From a virus (lineage: Duplodnaviria; Heunggongvirae; Uroviricota; Caudoviricetes), in IMG/VR virus record IMGVR_UViG_3300025597_000613, positions 87,495 through 151,494 of that record: a DNA stretch of 64,000 nt, one strand, 5' to 3'. Under the pieces are notes generated by a model. The model was not told the origin of the DNA and did not search any database. It saw only the letters and a program-made list of their open reading frames with translations. The position numbers and the translations under genes are program-made. Of this stretch, positions 19,755-29,730 are shown piece after piece. Position 1 is the stretch's first letter. Each line of letters starts with the position of its first letter.

Positions 19755-20080
19755 ATCCACTTCGAATAAATCTCTGTTTTGGGTTCTTCATCGGAAACCA
19801 AAAGGACAGCGGTCGGCCATTCGACACCCCACACCTTGGTTTCCGAACCATCATCTTCCTTAACTGTGAGCATTCTTGTCCAACGGCCATTCTCAATTAA
19901 GATCCATTGATCGACAGAAATGTCGGTAATATCATCACCCACCGAATAAACCTTACCCCAACGTGGGCGAATGCCTTCGCTCTTGCCATTATCATCTGGA
20001 ATAATAATTCCATTGATAACTCTCATGCCTCGTTCAAGTTCTGTAACTAGGACTTTACCCTTCAGTGCTTTTATTTTCAT
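19751..20080 (-). CDS. groES: GroES-like co-chaperonin
   Basis: KVLV...GIIIPD...GKVYSVG; Cpn10 fold pattern. Confidence 0.8.
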   Translation of the reverse strand: MKIKALKGKVLVTELERGMRVINGIIIPDDNGKSEGIRPRWGKVYSVGDDITDISVDQWILIENGRWTRMLTVKEDDGSETKVWGVEWPTAVLLVSDEEPKTEIYSKWI

Positions 20081-20243
20081 TGTTTAGATTAGTAATAAGT
20101 TTCTTTTCTTCTTCTGACAACACCTTTTGAATTTCTTCCCAGAAATCAAGATTATGATTTTTCTTTAAGGCGTCGACCACATCGTCATTAACTTCGATGG
20201 AATAAGTATTTCCATGAGTAACAATCTCTTTGATGATTTTCAT
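20055..20243 (-). CDS. Hypothetical protein
   Basis: 62 aa, coupled in the operon. Confidence 0.55.
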   Translation of the reverse strand: MKIIKEIVTHGNTYSIEVNDDVVDALKKNHNLDFWEEIQKVLSEEEKKLITNLNNENKSTEG

Positions 20244-20587
20244 TCACCGTCCTCAATGATAATATCTCCGCTAGGAAGTTCTTTTTCTTTCTTTGCGGTA
20301 GTTTTGATTGGGGATTTCGTGACTTTTGCTTCAGATTTAGGTGCATCCATTACGACACCCGCTGGCGCCTCGGGAACAGGGCCCTTTAAACCAGCATTGG
20401 TAATGACGCTCTGCACACGATGATTTTCTCTTGCAATTTGGTCAGCTGTTTTAGCAACGGCCCCACCGCGAAGTTTATCACCCTTTGCATTAACTCCCAT
20501 GTTGCCAAGGGCAACAGTCTTTTCATTTTCTCTACGCATTGCTTCCATGTCAACGGTAGCACCACGATATGTTACATGTCTGCTCAT
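20240..20587 (-). CDS. Hypothetical protein
   Basis: 115 aa, coupled in the operon. Confidence 0.7.
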   Translation of the reverse strand: MSRHVTYRGATVDMEAMRRENEKTVALGNMGVNAKGDKLRGGAVAKTADQIARENHRVQSVITNAGLKGPVPEAPAGVVMDAPKSEAKVTKSPIKTTAKKEKELPSGDIIIEDGE

Positions 20588-21099
20588 TTTAAGTAATCCT
20601 TTATATCAAATCCATATTTGAGGCTATCTACTCTATGAACTCCAATTAGATATAGAATGTAGGATGAAACACTTGATCCTCTACCTACTCCCCAAATAAA
20701 TTTATTTTCTCTCATATATGCCACTAAGAAAATGAATAATCTTAGTAGCATAATTAAGTTTCTTTCTTTGTACAGTTTATATTCTTCCTGTACTCTCTCA
20801 ATCTGTTCTTGTGTGCTACATTTATCAAGTAACCATTTCTCTACGTCAAGTTGCTGATAAATTTCGGGAAAAATCCACTCATCTGCCCTTAATTGATGAA
20901 ATTCATCAAATGATAGATTTTCTTCCGGTGGATCTAAAAATATAACCTCTTGCTTTATTAATTCACTTTGAAATTTTTCGTGTAACTCAATCTCCTCATC
21001 CCTGATTACATTGAGGTGTCCGATATTCTTACCCTGTAATAGCAATTCCCTAAGGTTGTCACTAGACAGTATGGTTTGACCATACATGTTTACCTTCAT
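20584..21099 (-). CDS. Stand-alone fragment resembling DNA polymerase III alpha (DnaE)
   Basis: WGVGRGSSVSSYILYLIGVHRVDSLKY matches the DnaE GRGS region; only 171 aa. Confidence 0.75.
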   Translation of the reverse strand: MKVNMYGQTILSSDNLRELLLQGKNIGHLNVIRDEEIELHEKFQSELIKQEVIFLDPPEENLSFDEFHQLRADEWIFPEIYQQLDVEKWLLDKCSTQEQIERVQEEYKLYKERNLIMLLRLFIFLVAYMRENKFIWGVGRGSSVSSYILYLIGVHRVDSLKYGFDIKDYLK

Positions 21100-21806
21100 A
21101 CCTTTTTGGGTCTCCATCTTTCTACCTGTACAATTTTGGCCGGTTCCTGAACAACACCAATTTTTCTATGAACTATTTCGGTGATGTGCTTTGCAAATTC
21201 CGATAACGGATCTGTAATATCTGGAAAATCGGATTTACCTTCCTCATCGGGCTCTAATTTAACAATCTCAAAGGAAAATCCATCATTTCTGTGCCACCAC
21301 GGCACTGTATGCCTTGTCTCGCCCTCTGTATAATAATCCTCTGTTTTTGTAGGAAGATCATATGTGCCATCTACAGAATCAAAGGTATATTGCACTGATG
21401 CATCGCTCGCCTGTAACTGTAAATCTCCCACGAGTAGATAATTTTCTGACAATGCAGTAATTTTAGCGTGCAACATCTGTGCTATGATATCATCGTTGGG
21501 TGGACCTGGACAATAAAGCATAATGTTAGACGAAAGATTAGCAATATACAAGTCGTCTTCGTCTTCGACATTTACTGCGACAATAGAATGCAAATTAGTC
21601 TCTAACCAAAATAAGATTTTCTGATATGCTACACCTGCTTCTAATTCTTGCTCTTCCTTAGACTTGCCCTTCCTCTCAGGTGCCACAAGATTGACTTTTA
21701 ATTTCCAATCAACCGGTGTTAGTGTTGTTTCCTGTACTCGAATACCTGCAAACTCAAAATCCAAAGTCATGTGGCTCTTGATGCGGTGCTTTCCTGCTGT
21801 CATCAT
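21096..21806 (-). CDS. Hypothetical protein
   Basis: 236 aa, coupled to its neighbours. Confidence 0.75.
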   Translation of the reverse strand: MMTAGKHRIKSHMTLDFEFAGIRVQETTLTPVDWKLKVNLVAPERKGKSKEEQELEAGVAYQKILFWLETNLHSIVAVNVEDEDDLYIANLSSNIMLYCPGPPNDDIIAQMLHAKITALSENYLLVGDLQLQASDASVQYTFDSVDGTYDLPTKTEDYYTEGETRHTVPWWHRNDGFSFEIVKLEPDEEGKSDFPDITDPLSEFAKHITEIVHRKIGVVQEPAKIVQVERWRPKKV

Positions 21807-22069
21807 AGCTGTTTCCTTATCTCTTCTTCTAATTTCCCAAGATCAATGGGCTCTTTATCTTTAGGAAACTTTCTTTTTGTCTCTTCATCAATCATCTTGC
21901 GTGATCGATCCTGACGCTCTAATTCAAGAGATTGAATAACCTCTTTAATACTCAAGACAGTGGGTGTATGTCCAAGAGCTGTTTGTTGATTTAGATAAGT
22001 ATAAGCCTTACCCAATCTTTCAATAATTTCTTCATCCGTCAATTTACTGACGTCTAGGAATGGATGCAT
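21803..22069 (-). CDS. Hypothetical protein
   Basis: 88 aa; late promoter at 22090. Confidence 0.7.
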   Translation of the reverse strand: MHPFLDVSKLTDEEIIERLGKAYTYLNQQTALGHTPTVLSIKEVIQSLELERQDRSRKMIDEETKRKFPKDKEPIDLGKLEEEIRKQL

Positions 22070-22131
22070 AAAAATCCCTCAGTATGTTGTATTTATGAAG
22101 GACTCAGAGCAGTTTTATGATTGTCGATATA

Positions 22132-22509
22132 CTATTCTTCCATTTCAAAAATAGTATATGCTATATTCGAGGGCCAGATATGTACCTGTTTGGCAGATTC
22201 ACCGAGTGTAAGTCGAAACTGTAAGGCATCTTCCCTATCAGTAAATGCCCAATATGACGCAAGCTCGGTGTGCCAATTCATACCTGCAAATAATCCAAGG
22301 GTATTTGCTTCCTCTTTGGATAATGCACGCTCTTCGTATTCTGGATTGCTATATGCCCATGTTTTCAGGCACATTTCTTTAGCCAGTTTCAGTGTTTTGC
22401 GGAAGGCAGAATAATCCAGTCCGATGTGGCCATCGCTGTGTTTCAGCCTGACCACATATGGATCGATAATTAGAAGTTTACTATTCTGATGTATCCGTCT
22501 CACTGTCAT
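22132..22509 (-). CDS. Small paralogue-family protein
   Basis: YWAFTDREDALQFRLTL motif. Confidence 0.7.
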   Translation of the reverse strand: MTVRRIHQNSKLLIIDPYVVRLKHSDGHIGLDYSAFRKTLKLAKEMCLKTWAYSNPEYEERALSKEEANTLGLFAGMNWHTELASYWAFTDREDALQFRLTLGESAKQVHIWPSNIAYTIFEMEE

Positions 22510-22748
22510 AGATATTCGTGATGCAATCTATGAAAGGTAGTTAGATCATCTTTCTCTGAGAAACGAACAGAGATGAATTGACCGAGATCGATGTGGGTAT
22601 AGAGCCCCTTTACTGTCTCAAACCCCTTCTCAAAGGATTCTAAACGACGATAAAAGGTAGAAGGATGGAGCCTGACTTGATTCCAGTGGCGGGTATAGGA
22701 CTCAACGCGAATCGAATCACCGACAATCAATTTTCCTTGTTGTTTCAT
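22506..22748 (-). CDS. Small paralogue-family protein
   Basis: VRFSEKDDLTTFHRL motif. Confidence 0.65.
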   Translation of the reverse strand: MKQQGKLIVGDSIRVESYTRHWNQVRLHPSTFYRRLESFEKGFETVKGLYTHIDLGQFISVRFSEKDDLTTFHRLHHEYL

Positions 22749-23018
22749 TTATTCCCTTAATAGAAAACGCCAGCGTTCATAGATTCCCTGTGCATATTGT
22801 TCGGGATCTATCCTTTTATCCGGAGATTTAAAATGAGACAATGCCGAAATCTCATAATCTCTTCCAGAAGATGTGACTATTTTGATAGTCACATCTCCTT
22901 TTAGTTTGTCAATTGTCTGCCCTTCCTCAGTTTGAAACTCCATGCTTTCGATAGATCGCATGGAAATAGCAAACCCGGGGCGGGGATACAGAAAAGAATC
23001 TGTATAGGCAACAGACAT
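22749..23018 (-). CDS. Hypothetical protein
   Basis: 89 aa, coupled. Confidence 0.65.
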   Translation of the reverse strand: MSVAYTDSFLYPRPGFAISMRSIESMEFQTEEGQTIDKLKGDVTIKIVTSSGRDYEISALSHFKSPDKRIDPEQYAQGIYERWRFLLRE

Positions 23019-23287
23019 TAGATCAGGCTGAGGTACAGAGCAGATTGCGGATCAAAATCCACTCGAAAGATATAGACCTTCGGGCTCAGACTCTTACCTT
23101 GCTTCAGGGTCTTCAGGACACGACCCTCCATGGTCCATTTATCAGAACCCTTGCCGACATGTTCGTTCAGCCAGTTGACGATTCGATAGAAATGAGCCGT
23201 ATCACGGATGGTAACGCGGAAGGTATGAGCTGCATTCTGCTCCTTCTTGTTGACAGGAGCTTCCTTTTGGGTAGTTTGCTTGTTCAT
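23018..23287 (-). CDS. Small paralogue-family protein
   Basis: WLNEHVGKGSDKW motif. Confidence 0.7.
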   Translation of the reverse strand: MNKQTTQKEAPVNKKEQNAAHTFRVTIRDTAHFYRIVNWLNEHVGKGSDKWTMEGRVLKTLKQGKSLSPKVYIFRVDFDPQSALYLSLI

Positions 23288-23319
23288 ATTACGCTTTCTG
23301 TAAAGGTTGTTGAGTCTTT

Positions 23320-23348
23320 ATTTTAGTATGCCTTGGCATTAAGGTCAA
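23320..23348 (-). promoter_or_regulatory. sigma70 promoter
   Basis: TTGACC-N17-TAAAAT. Confidence 0.7.
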
Positions 23349-23349
23349 C

Positions 23350-23808
23350 TCACGGATCCGGATGCCCCGACACAAATGATACACCGGCTTCTTTAAGCAT
23401 TTCCTGTGCAACAGTCATATCTTCTTTCCATCTATCGGGCATTTTATCGGGCGTGTAGGCATCATCTACCACAACAGTCTTTATACCGCGGTGTATGATT
23501 GATTGGGCACAAGATGCACATGGTGAAAATGTGATAAACATCACACAGCCTGTTAGGTCGCGTGGTGCCAAATCCATTGCATTGCGTTCTGCATGGCACA
23601 TCCACTTATATTTGAGTGGTCTTTCCAGTCGCTCAGGAACATTGTCGTCAATTCCCATAGGCATGCCATTAAAACCCCAGGACACTGGTCTTCCATCGGG
23701 TGTAGTAATAACTGCACCGACTTTGGTTGAACTATCCTTTGACCAGGATGCAACATCTCTGGCCATTTTGAGGAGACGGCCGACCCATTTTTCTTTTAAT
23801 ATAATCAT
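23350..23808 (-). CDS. dCMP deaminase
   Basis: SKDSSTKVGAVI, HAERNA and PCASC zinc motifs. Confidence 0.92.
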   Translation of the reverse strand: MIILKEKWVGRLLKMARDVASWSKDSSTKVGAVITTPDGRPVSWGFNGMPMGIDDNVPERLERPLKYKWMCHAERNAMDLAPRDLTGCVMFITFSPCASCAQSIIHRGIKTVVVDDAYTPDKMPDRWKEDMTVAQEMLKEAGVSFVSGHPDP

Positions 23809-24119
23809 CTTGACAATGATTCCCTTGTAATGATCATTGCTAACTCTTCGCCCAGGTCCTGCCCGTCGGGAACTATATGCAGGTTGGCAACATGTCTATC
23901 CTTCGTGGGATCGTACTCCCAGAATTGTAAAACTTTTCCACCATTAGCGTTATAGATAACTAGATTCAACCCACGACTCATCTCTTCAATCCCGACGGGT
24001 TGTCGTTGAAGTTTGGATTGACCGCTATAAGCCAGGGTCCCTGATACATCTTGTGCAATTTTATCACTACCCAACATGCCTGCTAATTCAATAAACAATT
24101 TTCTAAATAATTCTTTCAT
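23805..24119 (-). CDS. Hypothetical protein
   Basis: Start MKELF overlaps the upstream stop by ATGA. Confidence 0.7.
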   Translation of the reverse strand: MKELFRKLFIELAGMLGSDKIAQDVSGTLAYSGQSKLQRQPVGIEEMSRGLNLVIYNANGGKVLQFWEYDPTKDRHVANLHIVPDGQDLGEELAMIITRESLSR

Positions 24120-24352
24120 TTGTAATTCCATCTAATTTTGAATATGAGCAATTCTTCTTCAGTCTTGAATGCATATGTTCTTGATGTGTTATTGAGATTG
24201 TAAGAATACCAATCACGAAATCTTGTACCCACGTGAGCGGAACACCAATTATCCATGGATATTTTTCTTTTAACAGATTCAAGGTCATCGGCTTCTGCTG
24301 CAAAATGCAGATTTATAGAATATGGCCAAATTTTTCTGTTTAGGTGTCTCAT
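24116..24352 (-). CDS. Small paralogue-family protein
   Basis: WCSAHVG...W...YAFKTEEELLIFKIRW. Confidence 0.75.
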   Translation of the reverse strand: MRHLNRKIWPYSINLHFAAEADDLESVKRKISMDNWCSAHVGTRFRDWYSYNLNNTSRTYAFKTEEELLIFKIRWNYK

Positions 24353-24636
24353 AACCAAGTCAACTTAAATAACGTTGCATCCTCAGGCAATCTAATATGT
24401 ACAAAGAATGAAGGGTCTCCGGAATTATATCTAAAATCAGAACTGTATTGCCCCTTCATATTATTCTTCATCCAGGTCTGGAATTGATCCACTTCGGATG
24501 TATAAACCTGACAATACCATCCTATCAAAGATTCTGTATAGAATTTATCGTTGGTAAGGACGGGATTGGTCTTAAAGTAAGATGGCAATTCTTCCCAACC
24601 GTCCCTATAAATCCAATTAAAGACTTTGACTTTCAC
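24349..24636 (-). CDS. Small paralogue-family protein
   Basis: WMKNNMKG...HIRLPEDATLFKLTW. Confidence 0.75.
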   Translation of the reverse strand: MKVKVFNWIYRDGWEELPSYFKTNPVLTNDKFYTESLIGWYCQVYTSEVDQFQTWMKNNMKGQYSSDFRYNSGDPSFFVHIRLPEDATLFKLTWL

Positions 24637-24826
24637 TGTCCTCTATCCAAGATAAATCATCATCACCATTGGTGCGGTATTTTCCATTTAGGGCAGGATC
24701 TTCATATAGGTATGGAGAACCGCAGCAACCACAACCCCCAATAAGTATCCCATGCTTTCGCGATAATTCTGCCAATTCTTTTAAGAATTGTGCTTGTCGA
24801 TCTTCATTTATCATTTTGTGTTCCAC
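24617..24826 (-). CDS. Small protein with a GCGCCG motif
   Basis: IGGCGCCGSPYL, possibly metal-binding. Confidence 0.6.
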   Translation of the reverse strand: MEHKMINEDRQAQFLKELAELSRKHGILIGGCGCCGSPYLYEDPALNGKYRTNGDDDLSWIEDSESQSL

Positions 24827-25058
24827 AGAGTCTTTGTACTATCAGGAAATTCTCCCATGCTTCTTTTAGGGAAGGATATTTTTCCAATTGTTCGGCAGTT
24901 GGCATAACAAATTCTGGTTTTGGATCTGAAACAGATGCGAACATTACCCATTTCGATCCATCAAAAACAAGATGACCTTCTTTATTGGGGTCAAAATACA
25001 CATCACCTAATGCAGGCAGCACCGGTCTTTGCCAATGGAATGTTACTGTCATTGCCAA
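24804..25058 (-). CDS. Hypothetical protein
   Basis: 84 aa, coupled. Confidence 0.65.
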   Translation of the reverse strand: MAMTVTFHWQRPVLPALGDVYFDPNKEGHLVFDGSKWVMFASVSDPKPEFVMPTAEQLEKYPSLKEAWENFLIVQRLCGTQNDK

Positions 25059-25459
25059 CTCAATTCAAATAATAAACCGTGTTCTTCTAATGCAAATTCT
25101 ATTACCAGAATTCTATAATCATCCGGTGATAGATCCCAATTCCAGTTTTTTCCTTGTTTACCTACATGGTTTTCAAGCCAGGGGCGATAGTGGTCGTTGG
25201 GCTCTTTTTCGCCCTCTCTCATAAAGGGTCGGCGAGAAATATGTGCTGGAGTAAATTCAGATTTCATTAGGGACCATCCATCAAACAAAGAGGTTCTGGA
25301 ATAGATTTTACCTCTTTCGTCCGGAGGTAAATCCATGAAATCACCACTTTGGTTGAACTCCTTACACAGCCTACAGAAAATTTGTCCCGATTTTGACTGT
25401 TGTAAATTTCCAATTGTATTACAACTCTTGCAAAATGCGGGCCCTGTCCAATACCCCAT
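25049..25459 (-). CDS. Zn-ribbon plus paralogue-family domain
   Basis: CKSC...CRLC followed by WLENHVGKQGKNW...IEFALEEHGLLFELSW. Confidence 0.75.
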   Translation of the reverse strand: MGYWTGPAFCKSCNTIGNLQQSKSGQIFCRLCKEFNQSGDFMDLPPDERGKIYSRTSLFDGWSLMKSEFTPAHISRRPFMREGEKEPNDHYRPWLENHVGKQGKNWNWDLSPDDYRILVIEFALEEHGLLFELSWQ

Positions 25460-25866
25460 TAAAGATCGCCGTCTTTTCTATTTTCGGAAAACCAAACATC
25501 GAAGGAACCGCCGGGATAGCGACTTTCTAGCTTCTTAACGTTTTCTTCGATAACATCATTTGGATCAATATTCAATGCAATGCATGCATTCATCCAATAC
25601 CAGATTACATCGCCTAATTCTCTCTTCATATGGAAGACATTATCAGCATTATATTCCTTGCCCTGATACATAATCTTCTTTACGATTTCACAGAATTCAC
25701 CAGCTTCACTTGACAACCCAATGGCTGCTGTACCAAGACGCGGAACATCCATTCCGTGTGCAAGAAGTTCTGCAACACGAGCCTGATAAGCATCTGCATC
25801 CTTGCTTGCAGAGCTAGTTACACCGTCAACGAAAAGTTTATAGTTATTTAGAATTGTTTTATTCAT
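25459..25866 (-). CDS. mazG: MazG-like nucleotide pyrophosphohydrolase
   Basis: GLSSEAGEFCEIVKK...RELGDVIWY. Confidence 0.9.
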   Translation of the reverse strand: MNKTILNNYKLFVDGVTSSASKDADAYQARVAELLAHGMDVPRLGTAAIGLSSEAGEFCEIVKKIMYQGKEYNADNVFHMKRELGDVIWYWMNACIALNIDPNDVIEENVKKLESRYPGGSFDVWFSENRKDGDL

Positions 25867-25874
25867 GAAATTCC

Positions 25875-27041
25875 TTAGATAAAAGATGTGTTCTTCACAT
25901 TTTTCACTATTTTATAGAATTTCACAAATTTGTCAAGCGTATACCTTGGTTTCTCGGCTCTAGTACCATAGGAATAATAACTTGATTGCCTAGGTTCAGG
26001 TTTCAGGTAGAGATTCTCAACTGAGTTCTCATTTATTGGTTGTAATTCAGAAACAGTAAACGAATGAATGGTAGTTGTCTTTGCATTTCCATAAGAATAA
26101 GGATAATCGACAAGGTACTTTTTCCCCTTTTCGTTCTCAAGCATCAGAACACCCTCATCTCTAATCGATTCGCCATCATGCCAAAGTCCGGTTGCCTCAA
26201 GATTATCAATTTCTACAAAAGTTAGTAGTGGTTTCGGAACGGCATATGGAGATGTAAACTTTACTCTTCCGTGTGTCGAATAATATTGGCCAGACAGGTG
26301 TGTGCTACTTGTAAAATATGCAGATCCTGATTCAATGGAAGCATTCATTATTGCGCAAGATTCTTCCTTAGTCATCGGTTTTTCTGCCTTAGAAACAACC
26401 TTTAGGATCTTTGCGTCAGTCTGATAATGGAAAATATCAGGCTTTACCATAATTACCTGTTTACGGAGCATGCTCTGCGCCTTCAAGGAGCCACCGGATT
26501 CAAGGAGTGTTCCATAAAGAGAAATTGAACCCATGTATACACCCTGCAACTTATTCTGCAACAGGACTGTATCACCGATTTCTACTTCCTTAATATTAAT
26601 TTTACCTTCAATCAATTCAGTATTCTTAACTGCTTCAATGTATAATTCGGAAGTAATGGGTACCAAGATCATTTTTGTCTCGGTATTTTCTCTTGCCCAG
26701 ACACATTTCTCTTGAATCAATCCCTCCGTGATTCCGGTAACATGGAGAATCTGTTCAAGATTGGAGGTAGTAATCCTTGATGTAAACCCACGGGGGTCAA
26801 TAATGATCCAGTCAGTCTCCGGAGAGCTCCAACTTCTGCGTGATGCCTTCTTCAGAGTAAATCCAGGCAATGGAACATTATCGAGTTCCTTGACTGTATC
26901 AAACTTTTGTGTGAATCCTTCTAGTCTCTTCTTCTCATTTGACGATTCACCTAATGGAATAATTACAGCATCGGGCAAATCATTTGCACTTATCTTCTTA
27001 CTATTGTAACCGATATAAATTTGTCGTGAAATATTGAGCAT
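25875..27041 (-). CDS. Hypothetical protein
   Basis: 388 aa ORF. Confidence 0.8.
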   Translation of the reverse strand: MLNISRQIYIGYNSKKISANDLPDAVIIPLGESSNEKKRLEGFTQKFDTVKELDNVPLPGFTLKKASRRSWSSPETDWIIIDPRGFTSRITTSNLEQILHVTGITEGLIQEKCVWARENTETKMILVPITSELYIEAVKNTELIEGKINIKEVEIGDTVLLQNKLQGVYMGSISLYGTLLESGGSLKAQSMLRKQVIMVKPDIFHYQTDAKILKVVSKAEKPMTKEESCAIMNASIESGSAYFTSSTHLSGQYYSTHGRVKFTSPYAVPKPLLTFVEIDNLEATGLWHDGESIRDEGVLMLENEKGKKYLVDYPYSYGNAKTTTIHSFTVSELQPINENSVENLYLKPEPRQSSYYSYGTRAEKPRYTLDKFVKFYKIVKNVKNTSFI

Positions 27042-27065
27042 TATTTAATGTGATTGTCTTTCTAG

Positions 27066-27299
27066 TTATAATCCGAAACGAATTTTAAAATTCAGTGCAT
27101 CGGTGGAGTCCTCAAATCCAAATTTATTTCCACCAAGCATAGTCCATTTACCTTCAAGATTTTCCATACACCACATGACAATTCCGCGAAGCGAAATTTC
27201 TTCATAGGATAGATTAATATTGGTAAATGTCCAAGAAGTTTCTTTATTTCTGATCAGCTCGTTCATAGGAACGTATAAATCTTTTTCTTGTTTTTCCAT
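27066..27299 (-). CDS. Small paralogue-family protein
   Basis: WCMENLEGKW...FGFEDSTDALNFKIRF. Confidence 0.75.
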   Translation of the reverse strand: MEKQEKDLYVPMNELIRNKETSWTFTNINLSYEEISLRGIVMWCMENLEGKWTMLGGNKFGFEDSTDALNFKIRFGL

Positions 27300-27311
27300 A
27301 ATATTCCTAAA

Positions 27312-27350
27312 GTATTATGCTATTTTAACATAATACATTTTACATGTCAA
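27312..27350 (-). promoter_or_regulatory. sigma70 promoter with an inverted repeat flanking the -10
   Basis: TTGACA-N17-TAAAAT; arms GTATTATG/CATAATAC. Confidence 0.75.
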
Positions 27351-27360
27351 AATTGGGCAA

Positions 27361-27388
27361 AATAAAACCGGGCGAACCCGGCTTTATT
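27361..27388 (-). terminator. Intrinsic terminator with a UUCG loop
   Basis: GCCGGG-TTCG-CCCGGT-TTTATTT. Confidence 0.85.
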
Positions 27389-28118
27389 TCTTTGTTTTGT
27401 AGTGTTTCCAATCTTCTACATTTTGGGATAATCGATCGGCAATAATATGCATGGTAATGGGATTATGGCCTAACCCTAAATGACTTGCACCAGGAACCTC
27501 AATATTCTGAGATGTGGGACCCTCATCCTCAATCGAACACTGCCACGATACCACCCCATCTGATTTACTATAGATGGATGTGAACGGTACGGGCGGCTTA
27601 CCTTTCAATTTTTCAATAATTTCCGGATTATCGTGATTTTTGTCTTTGGTAAGAATTTCATAGAGTATCCTGGCATTAGTACCTTCGGATCCGGCCTTAA
27701 ACGGTGTCCCTAATGTAATCACCTGACGTGATTGTTCGGGCAACATTTTAGCAGCTTCTCTTGCGTAAATTCCGCCCAGACTCCAGCCGATTAAGCTTAC
27801 CTTCTGTCCGTCGTGGGCCGCCGATACCTCGGCAACTCGCTCTGAGACTTTTTCCAACAAAATATCAATGCCTTCTCTCGGGCCTAAATTGCGCCCAAGT
27901 CCCCAGGAATAAACTTCATATCCCAGGTTCTCAAGGAAATTTCTAATAAAGTGAGTTGAACCATCTGCACCGCCTAGCCCCGGAAATACAATTACCGGAT
28001 GCCCATCTCCCTTAGGGGAGATGTATTGCAATGGCATATGCAATAACCATCCTAGACCATATTCATATACTGCCCTAGCTGCCTCCAGCCCTAAAAGCAT
28101 TTTAGATGGTGATTCCAT
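27384..28118 (-). CDS. Alpha/beta hydrolase (esterase/lipase-like)
   Basis: Oxyanion PGLGG, nucleophile GWSLGG, DGVV acid, HLGL base. Confidence 0.9.
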   Translation of the reverse strand: MESPSKMLLGLEAARAVYEYGLGWLLHMPLQYISPKGDGHPVIVFPGLGGADGSTHFIRNFLENLGYEVYSWGLGRNLGPREGIDILLEKVSERVAEVSAAHDGQKVSLIGWSLGGIYAREAAKMLPEQSRQVITLGTPFKAGSEGTNARILYEILTKDKNHDNPEIIEKLKGKPPVPFTSIYSKSDGVVSWQCSIEDEGPTSQNIEVPGASHLGLGHNPITMHIIADRLSQNVEDWKHYKTKK

Positions 28119-28156
28119 GTGTTATCCTTTCTGTGATAACATATTTATTAGAAAGT

Positions 28157-28477
28157 TCAAAAACCTACACTACTACCACAACCGCATTTTGTTGATGTAT
28201 TGGGATTCTCAAATACGAAAGATTCACCCATTAGGTCTCTTCGATAATCAATAGTTGTCCCTGGCAAATACATTGCACTCATTGCATCAACCAATAATGC
28301 ATGCCCGTCACCGAGGTCGAAGGCCTGATCATCCTCTTCCTTAATCTGATCCAGTGTCAGGAAGTATTGGAAACCATTGCAACCACCACCCTGTAAACCA
28401 AAACGAATGAATTCAGAATGATCCTCCTTGAGGATATCAAGGAGTTTTTCTTTTGCTGTATCGGTAATCGTGATCAT
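28157..28477 (-). CDS. A-type Fe-S carrier (IscA/ErpA/HesB)
   Basis: GGGCNG and CGCGSS cysteine motifs. Confidence 0.92.
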   Translation of the reverse strand: MITITDTAKEKLLDILKEDHSEFIRFGLQGGGCNGFQYFLTLDQIKEEDDQAFDLGDGHALLVDAMSAMYLPGTTIDYRRDLMGESFVFENPNTSTKCGCGSSVGF

Positions 28478-29070
28478 AGACGCTTATCAACGATCTGATC
28501 TGCAAGACCCAATTCAAGAGCCTGTGGTGCAGTCAACCATCTGTCACGGTCCATCAATTCAACAAACCTTTCGTACGGCACATTCTTGCTGTTGTGTTTG
28601 ACATAAAGTTCAGTCATTTCCTTCTTGATGCGAAGGCTCTCCATAAGGTCAATTTCCATATCGGAAATCTTGCCACGTGTTCCCGAAGACGGCTGATGAA
28701 TCATCGTAATTGCGCGTGGAAGCAGATAACGATGGCCTGGCTCACCTGCCTGAGCAATAAACGAACCCATACTTGCTGCCATACCAGTTACATATGTATA
28801 GACTGGACATTTGATATACTGCATCACATCATATACGGCCAAACCATCATATACACTACCACCGGGGCTATTGATATACATGTGAACGGGAGTTTCGGGA
28901 TTTTCTGCCTCAAGGAATAGAAGCTGTGCAACCATGATGTTACACATATTGGTCTCTACCTCGCCAGTGAAGAATACCACACGTTCCTTCATCATGCGTG
29001 AATAAAGATCGTAAGAACGTTCGCCTCGCGGAGATTGTTCTACTACCATCGGGATTAGAGCATTTTGCAT
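28474..29070 (-). CDS. clpP: ATP-dependent Clp protease proteolytic subunit
   Basis: YINSPGG, AASMG (Ser), MIHQP (His), A.ELGLAD. Confidence 0.95.
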   Translation of the reverse strand: MQNALIPMVVEQSPRGERSYDLYSRMMKERVVFFTGEVETNMCNIMVAQLLFLEAENPETPVHMYINSPGGSVYDGLAVYDVMQYIKCPVYTYVTGMAASMGSFIAQAGEPGHRYLLPRAITMIHQPSSGTRGKISDMEIDLMESLRIKKEMTELYVKHNSKNVPYERFVELMDRDRWLTAPQALELGLADQIVDKRL

Positions 29071-29078
29071 ATGTTTCC

Positions 29079-29327
29079 TTAGTTGAAAGTTAATTTGAAA
29101 ATAAGAAGGTCTTCTTCAGTGTCGAATTCTATAAATTTGAGCCAGGTATTATTTTCGGAGTATATAAATTTACCATTGAATCTTTTTATAAACGGTTCTG
29201 CTGAAACACACCAAGGCCCGATGCCAATAAGGTCTGCCCTGAATTCCGGTTGGGCATCTACCCAATGAGCAAAACTTTCCCAATGATTCCTCAGGGAAAT
29301 GTCATTTACCTCTAGGAGCGTTGACAT
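29079..29327 (-). CDS. Small paralogue-family protein
   Basis: [16 protein letters not shown]. Confidence 0.7.
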   Translation of the reverse strand: MSTLLEVNDISLRNHWESFAHWVDAQPEFRADLIGIGPWCVSAEPFIKRFNGKFIYSENNTWLKFIEFDTEEDLLIFKLTFN

Positions 29328-29343
29328 ATAGATAAATATAGAT

Positions 29344-29730
29344 ATGAAGATAAAAGACGTATTACTTGAGTCACCTACCGACCTTGTTGCACGCTTCTAT
29401 AAAGAAGCCGGGGAACATTATGACAAATTCTATAACCCCGAGGATGCAAAATACAAACACAAGAATAAGGAATACTACGACAAACATTTTAAAGAATGGT
29501 TTGCAGAAGAAGTAGTTCCTGTTTTTACAAAACCAGTCGACAAGCCACAGCCTGAGTACACTGTACAGCCTAAAGAGGGCAAGTTGCAATCTCCAGGATA
29601 TCGCGGACTACAATATGCCTTGGCACGTTCCGGATTACCATATAACCATCATGTACAAAAATATGAGGGCGGACTTCCTGCTGCAATGGCCTCATACATG
29701 AACGGTGCAAGAAATAATAACGGTCAATAA
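29344..29730 (+). CDS. Late protein, possible head-internal protein
   Basis: MKIKDVLLES N-terminus; ATG 5 nt after ATAAATA. Confidence 0.7.
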   Translation: MKIKDVLLESPTDLVARFYKEAGEHYDKFYNPEDAKYKHKNKEYYDKHFKEWFAEEVVPVFTKPVDKPQPEYTVQPKEGKLQSPGYRGLQYALARSGLPYNHHVQKYEGGLPAAMASYMNGARNNNGQ

